The notes under the pieces are model-generated. The model had not been told where the DNA came from and did no database searches. It saw only the letters and a program-made list of their open reading frames with translations. This document shows positions 14,023 to 24,739 of a stretch of 64,000 nucleotides of DNA, in pieces. Source of the DNA: Epiperipatus broadwayi (Eukaryota > Animalia > Onychophora); contig JAQFVV010000008.1 of the NCBI GenBank assembly GCA_028023455.1, positions 14,322,001 through 14,386,000 of the forward strand, read 5' to 3'. A program made the position numbers and the translations under genes. How positions within the stretch are numbered: position 1 is the first letter of the stretch; each line of letters opens with the position of its first letter.

Positions 14023-14419
14023 CTGAGAGCACTGCATCTAGATCTTAGGATCTAATGCAACCCTCTAGCAACCACCTTTTATCTCTACTTAACTACAAAA
14101 CTATGAGAATGAAATTGAAAACACAAAAAATATTTTCAATCTAAGCTCAATAGCTTATATAGTCATATGGGTCTGAACTCAGTTCAGCACCCGTACATTT
14201 TGGTGTCTTTGGCTCTTTTACAACCATAGCCACCACTATCGTATTAGGCAGGATTGGTGTTAAACCATTAAGCATCATAAGATCACATTTCCTATACTAG
14301 CACATTAATTGTTGATAAACAGAGCAAAACTCTCCATACAGTATTGCCACCTGTGCTAAACAGAGTAATCAATGGATGTCAGAAGGCTTGTGCATAAAAT
14401 TCCTATCTAATGCCTACTC

Positions 14420-14478
14420 ATCCAATATCCCCAGACTAGTTTCTGGCTTGTGGCCTTCGTCAGTGAGGAGCTTTGGAT
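14420..14478 (-). ncRNA. Type I hammerhead ribozyme motif, copy A2 (consensus form)
   Basis: Identical to A1 over 59 nt. Confidence 0.8.
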
Positions 14479-14875
14479 CTGAGAGCACTGCATCTAGATC
14501 TTAGGATCTAATGCAACCCTCTAGCAACCACCTTTTATCTCTACTTAACTACAAAACTATGAGAATGAAATTTAAAACACAAAAAATATTTTCAATCTAA
14601 GCTCAATAGCTTATATAGTCATATGGATCTGAACTCAGTTCAGCACTCATACATTTTGGTGTCTTTGGCTCTTTTACAACCATAGCCACCACTATCCTAT
14701 TAGGCAGGATTGGTGTTAAACCATTAAGCATCACATGATCACATTTCCTATACTAGCACATTAATTGTTGATAAACAGAGTAAAACTCTCCATACAGTAT
14801 TGCCACCTGTGCTAAACAGAGTAATCAATGGATGCCAGAAGGTTTGTGCATAAAATCCCTATCTAATGCCTACTC

Positions 14876-14934
14876 ATCCAATATCCCCAGACTAGTTTCT
14901 GGCTTGTGGCCTTCGTCAGTGAGGAGCTTTGGAT
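14876..14934 (-). ncRNA. Type I hammerhead ribozyme motif, copy A3 (consensus form)
   Basis: Identical to A1 over 59 nt. Confidence 0.8.
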
Positions 14935-15149
14935 CTGAGAGCACTGCATCTAGATCTTAGGATCTAATGCAACCCTCTAGCAACCACCTTTATCTCTACT
15001 TAACTACAAAACTATGAGCTATTGAGCTTAGATTGAAAATATTTTTTGTGTTTTCAATTTCATTCTCATAGTTTTGTAGTTAAGTAGAGATAAAAGGTGG
15101 TTGCTAGAGGGTTGCATTAGATCCTAAGATCTAGATGCAGTGCTCTCAG

Positions 15150-15208
15150 ATCCAAAGCTCCTCATTAACAAAGGCCACAAGCCAGAAACTAGTCTGGGAA
15201 TATTGGAT
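15150..15208 (+). ncRNA. Hammerhead motif copy B1, catalytic core destroyed
   Basis: CTGACGA changed to TTAACAA (15165, 15167, 15170), plus stem I G>A at 15199. Confidence 0.75.
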
Positions 15209-15586
15209 GAGTAGGCATTAGATAGGGATTTTATGCACAAGCCTTCTGGCACCCATTGATTACTCTGTTTAGCACAGGTGGCAATACTGTATGGAGAGTT
15301 TTGCTCTGTTTATCAACAATTAATGTGCTAGTATAGGAAATGTGATCATGTGATGCTTAATGGTTTAACACCAATCCTGCCTAATAGGATAGTGGCTATG
15401 GTTGTAAAAGAGCCAAAGACACCAAAATGTATGGGTGCTGAACTGAGTTCAGACGCTATTGAGCTTAGATTGAAAATATTTTTTGTGTTTTCAATTTCAT
15501 TCTCATAGTTTTGTAGTTAAGTAGAGATAAAAGGTGGTTGCTAGAGGGTTGCATTAGATCCTAAGATCTAGATGCAGTGCTCTCAG

Positions 15587-15645
15587 ATCCAAAGCTCCTC
15601 ACTGACGAAGGTCACAAGCCAGAAACTAGCCTGGGGATATTGGAT
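15587..15645 (+). ncRNA. Hammerhead motif copy B2, cleavage triplet mutated
   Basis: GTC changed to GCC (T>C at 15630), which also breaks the ACTAGT palindrome; stem II GGC>GGT at 15612. Confidence 0.75.
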
Positions 15646-16042
15646 GAGTAGGCATTAGATAGGGATTTTATGCACAAGTCTTCTGGCATCCATTGATTAC
15701 TCTGTTTAGCACAGGTGGCAATACTGTATGGAGAGTTTTGCTCTGTTTATCAACAATTAATGTGCTAGTATAGGAAATGTGATCATGTGATGCTTAATGG
15801 TTTAACACCAATCCTGCCTAATAGGATAGTGGTGGCTATGGTTGTAAAAGAGCCAAAGACACCAAAATGTATGGGTGCTGAACTGTATTCAGATCCATAT
15901 GACTATATAAGCTATTGAGCTTAGATTGAAAATATTTTTTTTGTTTTCAATTTCATTCTCATAGTTTTGTAGTTAAGTAGAGATAAAAGGTGGTTGCTAG
16001 AGGGTTGCATTAGATCCTAAGATCTAGATGCAGTGCTCTCAG

Positions 16043-16101
16043 ATCCAAAGCTCCTCACTGACGAAGGTCACAAGCTAGAAACTAGTCTGGGGATATTGGA
16101 T
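16043..16101 (+). ncRNA. Hammerhead motif copy B3, stem II weakened
   Basis: Stem II is GGT/GCT instead of GGC/GCC, leaving two G-U wobbles in a 3-bp stem; core and GTC intact. Confidence 0.75.
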
Positions 16102-16784
16102 GAGTAGGCATTAGATAGGGATTTTATGCACAAGCCTTCTGGCATCCATTGATTACTCTGTTTAGCACAGGTGGCAATACTGTATGGAGAGTTTTGCTCT
16201 GTTTATCAACAATTAATGTGCTAGTATAGGAAATGTGATCATGTGATTCTTTTATTATTCACCGGAAAAAGTTATCTATGATGAAATATCATATATCTTG
16301 ACTTTTAATAATTTTTTTTCTAAATACTAATGGTTCAAACATCTGATTTTTATTTATTAAGACACATCATCACATATCTTAATAACAATCAAAGTAGAAC
16401 AAAATTCCTCTATGATATTTGTAATCTTACCCAATAAACTGAAATTATTAATTTGTGTTAGTGAATATAGTATTTAATGTCATTTGTAGATATTTTTTTT
16501 TTGTTGTTTATGTGGTAAATTATGGTATAGTTTTAAAAAAACTAAATAAATATAGAAACTTGTGGGAAAAAATTAAAACATTGATAATGCATAATTTTTA
16601 TTTATTTTTGTAGCTTTTGTTTGTATTTCCTTTTATTATAATCTCACTAAAAATGTTAATACTGAAATATTGTAAATAATTTCACTTTGACTGTTGAAAT
16701 TAGTAAATGTTTGATAAGTTTTTTATGTAATTTTATTTTTTAAAATAATATTAAATTTGAATTTGTTTTTATTTACTTATTTAG

Positions 16785-16883
16785 TTTCCTAAATATGCTG
16801 AAATTGTCCATTTAACTTTAGCTGATGGCACTATTCGGAGTGGTCAAGTTTTGGAAGTTAGTGGGAACAAAGCTGTGGTCCAG
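16785..16883 (+). CDS. ATP6V1B: V-ATPase subunit B exon (99 nt)
   Basis: atttag|TTT CCT...GTC CAG|gtacat encodes [33 protein letters not shown]; phase 0 to 0. Confidence 0.98.
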
Positions 16884-18028
16884 GTACATTAAATCATAAT
16901 TATGATTTTTAAAAGAATTGTTTTTTTGTTTTTTTATTATATGTTTTATGTTAATAATAACATGCTTATGTATATTTATAAAAGTATAAATATTTGGCAA
17001 AGAGAGGATTGATAATGGGTGTGTATAAGGCATTATTTTATCTAAACTTTCATAGGCATTCAGTAAAATTTTAGGGAAACTCGACTAAACAGAAAAAAGT
17101 TATAGGTGGACAGAGTTTTTATTCATCTATAAGATAAATTTATAGAATCATTTTTTTCTGCATTCACATATAATTTAAAATATTTTATTAGTTTGGTTGT
17201 GTTATATATTTTAATTTAAGTTTCTAAATCTTTTTTAGATAGAAGTTGAGGATTTGTAGACTTAAAATTAAAGAATTGCTTTTGTTTTGAAATAAGTCAA
17301 CTGCAATTTGGAAATATATTCTAAATAATTTTGCAGTGGAAAATTTTGTAAAAAAGTTGCAAATATTTCAGCCATCATTTTCGAGCAATAATTGGCAAGA
17401 TAAGAAAAATTCTAATTAAATCAAATTGACCAAAGTGAAAAGTAACTATGAATGCCATTATATTATAAAGCAAGTAGAAGCCATATTCTATTTGAATAAT
17501 ATAGATAAAACTCAAAAACTTTCTACTTAAAAGTTTAGAAAAGACAAAAAAAAAGTTGCCACATTCAACAAATAAAATGAATTCCGATATCAAAACAGTC
17601 TGAAAAATTAATAAAAACTATATTATATAATTTGATGATTCCAAAAAAAGTAAAAAAAAAAAAGCCTTATCATGATAGCATTGGTGTAAAAAATATTTCT
17701 GAAGTTGATGATGTGGAAAAAGCTAAAACATGCTTTTAAAATTTAGTGAGTTTTGTTTAGCAAGACCATTGTTGGAAAAACTGGTGAACCTGTATTGTTC
17801 ACCACTTATAACTTGTTTCAAATTGATTTAGTGTTGCTTCTTCCAAATAAATGCTCCCTCATATTTGAGGTCAGAAAATAGTATAGAATAGTTGTAATAT
17901 GTGATGTGATGCACTGTGATTTCTTATACGGAGTTGGGAATCTCTCAGCGACTATAGCCCAGAGAAACCTGTTAGCCACTTTAACTTCCCTTTCCATTCC
18001 CTGCCCTAAGTTTGTTCCATATTCATCT

Positions 18029-21000
18029 CTATCCTGCTCTATCCCATCTCCACAACACAATCTTTATCAACTCTATGGTCTTTATATTTAAATCTCCCTT
18101 ATCTTTTCCCAAATCCAGCATAAAAAACAATAACCCACTTTCTGTATAATCACTTTCTTTATGTTTATTCTTCCACAACTTCATTATTTGTACCCTTTCT
18201 GCTTTCAGGCATTTACATTCAATTAACAGATGCCTAATATTTTCTATGCCTTCCTTACACAACTTGCAGACTAAATCACCCACATTTTTCCATTTATGTG
18301 TATATTCCTTTGTTGCTAAAGATCCCGTTCGAGCCTTAAACAGTAAACTACTTTCCTTGCTATTATCATAAATTAACTCGCACCCAATATTCTGTTTACT
18401 TCTATATATATTTAAACTCTTTTTACTCTCCATACTAGTTCTCCATCTCTCCAACTCCCTATTCTTTATTAATGCATCTATTCTTCTATCCCATTCCTTA
18501 ACACTCAACAATTCTCCTAACACAATCATCCCACCTTTTGTATAAGTATACTGACATAAATTCTTTATCCAAATCTTCTGCATATCGCATTACCTTTCTC
18601 ACCCATCTTGTTGCCTGCCCTTTATTCATAACCCAATTAAATACTATTTTGGCTATTCTTTTATTATCCATAAACTGCAATCTACCGAACATTTTCATTT
18701 TGCTTTTTGCATCTCTCATATAAAAACTTGACCATCCCATTTCTCCTTGAATTGCCTCCTTTGCCATCCACACATCTGCATCTAATTCATGTCTTCCTAC
18801 TTCTCTTTGTACTTTTTCTAAGTAATCTAATACCCCTTTACTAACACATAACGCATCATTACCATATGTTAACCCTGCTACTGCCACTCCCTTCCATACA
18901 ATTCTAGCTACATCATATTTATTATATGAAAACACTGTTAATTTCTTTATCAATCCCTTTCTTTTCTTTGCTTCATTTATCAATTTTTTCTCCCATTCAT
19001 CCAAGCAATTTCTCTGATTACTTAAGATGATTCCCAAATAGTTATATCTATTCACCACACTTAACTTTATATCCCCCAATAAAAATTCTTTGTCTTCTCT
19101 TTCCCCAGTATTAATCATCATTACTTTTGATTTTTCTTCACTAAATTTAATCCCCATCTCTTCACCCACCCTTGTGCATGTCCTCAACATAACTTCAATA
19201 TCTTCTCTTCTTTCTGCACACAAAAAGACATCATCCGCAAAAAAAGACCCGACAAAGTATATACTCCCTTGCCACCTATTAATGGTATCTCTATCCCTCT
19301 TCCTAGTCTTTCTATTGCTCTCTCCATTTCTCTCAAATACAACAAAAACAAAATAGGTGACATAGGGCATCCTTGCCTTAGTCCCACCTCATTTTTAACT
19401 TTAACTGATTCTATATTCCCTAATTGATATGTATAGTAATTATTTTCATATAATTTCTTAATAATATCCACTAAAGCTCCATCCATTCCCAAATTTACTA
19501 AACTTACCCATAATCTATTTCTATTTACTCTATCATATGCCTTCTCTATATCTATAAAAACCATATATAACTGTCTACCTGTATTCCTACTCATATCCAT
19601 AAGTTGTGTAACTACAAATAAACTATCTCCTATATACCTATCTGATCGAAAACCTCCTTGCATTTCTCCCACTATATTATTTTCTTCCATCCATTTTGCA
19701 ACCCTTCCAGCCACCATATATGAGAAAACTTTATATAGTACTGATGTTACCACTATCAGTCTATAATTGTTTAACTTTCTATGATCCTTACCCTTTCCTT
19801 TAAATAGTAGCCTTACTCTTGTATTACTCCAACTACCTGAAAAATTTCTCTTCTGTGCCATCTTATTAAAACATGATAATAATTTTAATTTTGCCCTATG
19901 CCCTAAATTCATTACCATCTCTGCTGCCCATCCATCCAAACCTCTTGCCTTTCCACTTTTCAATTTCTTACCTGCCTCATTCAGTTCATTTTCTGTAAAC
20001 CTAATATTCCCATTACTATATGCTTTCATGTTTGCTATCACTCTGTCCTTCACATCTAACATCTTTTCTATATCCATTACATACTTATTTAAGATTATCT
20101 CTAATTCTTCTCTAGAGCTACACTCTATTCCCTCATCATCTAGTAATACTATTTCTCTCTCCCCTACATTTCTTCTTTTAATGTATTTCCAAAATTTTTT
20201 ACTCCCATCTCTTCCACTTTTATTAATATCCTCCAACAATTTACTATTCAATTTTATTCTCTCTATATAATTATCTATTTTAGCCAACTTTTTTTTCTAA
20301 GTACTTTTCCCATTTAACATTAACATCTTTTTCACTTTCTTTGTTCTTAATAGCACACTTATATTCTCTGCATGCTTTTTCCCTCTCTTTTACTAACTCT
20401 CACTTTCCTATTACTTTTATTCTTCTGAATATTCTCACCTAAAACCCTATTTGCCACTTTTTCTATTTCACCACACCAGTCCTTATACTCATCCCCAACC
20501 AACTCTTCCATGGTTTCTTCAACTTTTATTTTATACTCTTCTAACTTATTCTTATCATTCACTCTCCATCCACATCTTTCACTATCCTTTCTACTTTTAT
20601 TACTATTTTCCATCACATTACTAACCATTTCTATTATAAAGAAGTTATGATCACTATTACATACTCTCTCTTCATTATCAAACACCTTAATTTTCTGTAC
20701 TTTATTCATTCCCTCTTTCTCTACTAATACATAATCTATTGTGTGGAATATATTATTTCTAGACCATGTGTATTGTCCCTCATAAATATTTGATAAATTT
20801 CCAATGCTCAAATTCACTCTCTGACAAAAATTCTTCAAAAGCTGTCCATTCTTATTACCTACATCATCAATTTCTTCAATATGCCCATTCATATCCCCTA
20901 TAACCATTATTCTCTTCCCCTTTTCTTTGAAACTCTGTATATCCTTAACTAGGCATTCATATATGCTACTGTTCCACTCCATTATAGTTTGACTATCTCC

Positions 21001-21474
21001 AGTGGCTATATACACTATAGCCACCATCCATTCTTGTCTTCCTAACCTTATCTCAAACCACAAATGTTCTTGACATTTAACAGTATTTAAATATTTTTTT
21101 TGTCATAACTCCTATACCACCACCCTTTTTTTCTTTTTTTTTCTATTTATACTCTGCCATACCAAATCTTCCAGAATAGGTTCTTTTTCTTCTCTTAGAT
21201 GTGTTTCCACTACTGCTAATACCTCAAGCTCTTCATTTTTAATTGCTTTGTTTAATTCCAGCCACTTTTCTGGTCTCCTACCACCTTGCATATTCAAATA
21301 CCCAATTTTAACAATTTCTTCTTTCCTAACTACTCTTTTATAAATTCTTTTGACTCTTTCTTCTCCATTATATTTATAAATAACTTGCTTACCATTAATT
21401 TTACAAATCCATTCCCTCTCCACATCTACATTTATATCTAAATCAGCTACTCTTTGATTATTTCTTACATCCAA
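18029..21474 (-). pseudogene. LINE ORF2: AP endonuclease + reverse transcriptase + C-terminal CCHC finger, frameshifted
   Basis: GYLNMQG..VVETH, VIGDMNGH, TIDYVLV, SDHN (APE); NNYRLI, QGGFR, FIDIEKAYDRV, GLRQGCPMSP, FADD, YNYLG (RT); C-x2-C-x8-H-x4-C CKLCKEGIENIRHLLIEC. Confidence 0.93.
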
Positions 21475-21539
21475 TCCATTCTTCTTCTTTCTGATAACAC
21501 TGCCATTTAAAACTCCACCTCCCCTTTATAAGTTTCCCG

Positions 21540-22510
21540 AACTATATTCTTTATAAATCAAACTCCCTAAAACTTCACTTCCTTGTTTTTCTAAGTGCAA
21601 TCCATCTTTACTATATAACTCCCTCTTTCCAATAAAAAAATCCCACACATCCACAAACATGACATCATTTCTCTCACAATTTTTTCAATCTCTCATTGAT
21701 AGAACATGCCTTATCTAACATATACCTCTTGTCAAATCTTGGTAATAATCCAATTATTCCTACTCTTCCTTTAATCTTACTCAAATTTCTAATCAATTCT
21801 ATGTACTCATAATTTTTTCTTTTTAAGGTTTTGACAAATTTTTTGTCCCTACCATAACATACACATCTCTACTCATTTTATCTGTAACATCCCTAATTCT
21901 AGCTCCAGGCAAACATACTCTTACATACCTGTTTCTATTTTCCCTTGCAATTATATTTCCACGTTCTCTAATTAGTGAATCTCCTATCAATACTGTCTCA
22001 TAGTCTACTTTCTCTGCTTCATCCGTAACATTCTCTATCACCTTCTGAACTTACTTATCTATTTCTTCTTTATCATTAGTATTCAATAATTTCTTCATCT
22101 GCTCACACTTCGTCTCTAATGATTTTAATTTTGCTTCTATATCCTTTACCTCTTCCTCTATTTTACTTATTCTTTTGCTAACCATCTCCATTTCACTACT
22201 AATTTTTCCACTTATATCTCCCATCACTCCACTAAAACCATACTCTATCCTATCTTCCTCAATTATATTTTGCTTCCTTTCTCCTGACTTTGTCTTTAAA
22301 CTATCTACACTTAGAAACCACTTTTTGATCTTTTATCACATTTACACACTGTCTACATAACCATAAAGCTCTTAAATTTTTACTAGTCGTATTTAAACAT
22401 TTCGAGTGATAAACCTCATCACATACAATATACTTTACTGCAGCCCACCTAATTTCTTTCTGATCATTATATATGCATTGTGGAATACAAATGCAATCCT
22501 TATATATGTT
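21540..22510 (-). pseudogene. LINE ORF1: PHD finger + coiled coil + SGNH/GDSL esterase, with stops and frameshifts
   Basis: CIC...CDEVYHSKCL...WLCRQC (PHD); heptads SKRISKIEEEVKDIEAKLKSLETK; VLIGDSLIR, CLPGARI, VGTKN and YSKDGLHL (DGLH at 21595-21606). Confidence 0.85.
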
Positions 22511-22789
22511 AAATGCGGTGGGGCGCCACGATAGAGAAGCTAAGTAAAGTAACATTACAATGGCTAAGCGCTTTGAGGTCTTATTATGTCTTCATATTCA
22601 TAGCAGAATCAGAATAGAAAAAAGATGGAATATTTATATAGGCCGATGAAATTTAAATTTATGTAAATTAGAGTTCAAAATGTCCACAGAGGGGGAAGCA
22701 TGATTCTTTGCAATTTATAGCATAGGTGTTGTTAGCTATGTACCATGCTTTTTTAATTTTTTGTTTTGTATCATTTCAATATATTCTAT

Positions 22790-23330
22790 AGCAGCAGATG
22801 TGGGTTTAAATATATGTGGTATTCCAGGAAAATAGAGCTATAATTCAAGTTTGTCAGATGCTCTTTTATATATGTATTGGTGTTGTGAAAGGCATGTGGA
22901 TGGAGATGTCCTGCATTCGCCATAGTATGTTGCTTTGCATCCAGTTTAAGGAGCATTTAATTTTTTGTACAGTCAGTTCAGGCTTGAGTCTATCCTTGGA
23001 ATTATTAGTCTATTGATTGAGGGAGGGGGGCCAAAACTCAACTGAAATTTTGGGGAAAGGGTTTTATTAAACATTTTTGTTAGTGCTGAAATGTATGGCA
23101 GGAGTGGCTAAGATCTATCATTATTGGTGGGGGTTCGAGTTTACTTTGCGATAGAATTGTTTGGCTCTCTTGTTAGGTGGTTGTATTTGAATCCAATGGA
23201 CGTTAAGTGTTTTAGGTATTTGCTTTGCAAGAGAAGTCAGGTTTTCATAATAAGTGATTGCTGTTTAGGAGAAAGGATAGACCATCTACTGGTGGAATAT
23301 GTAAATATTATTAGGGGACTTTGAAGTGAT
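22790..23330 (-). mobile_element. Decayed Penelope-like element remnant (linker + GIY-YIG)
   Basis: Minus strand LPYISALTKMF (~23101-23070), then LYK....TGCKATYYGECR...LSQH..I...IA..SWNTTYI (~22970-22810), resembling the PLE LPY motif and YKI.C..C...YIGET.R.L..R..EH. Confidence 0.5.
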
Positions 23331-24739
23331 GAGTTTATGAATGCTTAGGCTAAAGCTTAAGCCCAAAATTAAGATTGACATGTATACAACCTTATTTTTA
23401 TTTTATTAATGTGATGATAAGCAAGCTAAACATATGTCACAAATATGACAAGGATGGCCACATCATTAACTTAAACGAGTGCCTAATTTGTAATAGACCC
23501 TGATAAATTGATAATAAGTGCATTTTCAAAATTCAAGTTATACTATACAAAATGCACATCATGTTTATTAATCTGCCAAAAATACAGTGATGTACAGCTG
23601 TAACTTAATGGCAAATTACATATATGGATGAAAATTATTGATGTTTATAAACTCTTGCAAGAATCACAATTCTCTAAAGTCGTAGCAAATAAATTATATA
23701 AAACATCTTCAAATGTTACCGGAAAATTTTTTTGAACTAGTAAATGAAGTTAAATTTTTTATGTGTGATTTTTTATAAATTGGAGGGAAGATATGATAAG
23801 TGAAAGTCATGATTGTGTTGAAGTATATGTGCAACATAATAGAAATAAAGAATTCTAACATAAAAGATGAATTTCTTCAAAATATTACTTATAAAAAAGT
23901 TAAGTCAATGCAAAAACTTGATAAACTTTAATAGTTGAAACAAAATCAAATAGAATATGATTTATTTATTATCCATTTCTAAACAATTACCATTATTTTA
24001 TATATATATTTTTTAAAAAGTTAATTTTAAACTTATATCAAAATCCGTGGTTAATTGTCATAATTTTATTTGACAAATAATGAAAAACTAAATTGTAAAA
24101 AAATAAGTTATTGCTATTTGCCAACTTTTTACATGGAGAAAGTGCATGAAGAAGAAAAAAATCCTCCAAAATTGTACATCTGTGTAAATTATAAATATCA
24201 AATTTATAAATAACTCTTTATATAAGTAAAAGACATTTAAATTTACCTAATTATTATTGTTTAACTATTTTTTATTTCATATTATCTTCAATTATAAGAG
24301 AGATAATCTCATCATGACATAATCTTGCTATAGATTTATGTTGATTATTAAAATGAAGTTTTTTATTCTTCATTATGCTTTTTTTTAAAAATTGATAGTT
24401 GTTTAATATTCACTTGACATATTTACTGATATTTAAAAAAAAAAGGTTTTCCTCTTTCCAATTGATAGATTAGGATAATTAACTTGTTCTTGATTTCAGA
24501 AATTAAATTTCTGAGTGCTTATATATTAATATATGTGTGTGTATGCATATATGTATATATATCATAAATATAGTAAAAATACTATTACCAAATTATTTAT
24601 GCTGTCATTAAAGATTGAAAATAATTTTGGATTATTTATCCAATAAAGAATAGAGATTTATTGCCTACAAATCTGAATATTGTAAATTTCTAAAGATCAT
24701 CATTATCATTCTCAATTATTATTGATTCACTGCAGGATG

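Larger units (their letters stand above)
13858..16245. mobile_element. Palindromic array of 456-bp hammerhead-containing units (retrozyme / Penelope pLTR-like), non-coding
   Basis: Forward units register at 13856, 14312 and 14768 (period 456); inverted units start at 15018, 15455 and 15911; about 97% identity between units; flanked by the direct repeat attcttttatt (13847-13857 and 16246-16256). Confidence 0.9.
17873..22571 (-). mobile_element. Near full-length non-LTR retrotransposon with two ORFs (RTE/RTEX-like group, clade uncertain), inactivated
   Basis: ORF1 and ORF2 domains are in order on the minus strand; degenerate (ATCAC)n/(CTATT)n 3' tail at ~17873-17920; candidate TSD tttgaggtc at 17864-17872 and 22572-22580. 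Confidence 0.93.

Noticed and set aside
13858-16245. CRISPR array, or a Mutator/Foldback DNA transposon
   Set aside because: There are no unique spacers and the context is eukaryotic. The ends are not matching TIRs, and the units contain hammerhead motifs that point to an RNA intermediate.
22521-22528. TGGCGCCC (minus strand) as a tRNA-Lys primer-binding site of an LTR element
   Set aside because: No LTRs; the downstream ORFs are APE-RT of non-LTR type; the match is only 8 nt
23620-23673. Minus-strand exon candidate
   Set aside because: Stops in all three frames
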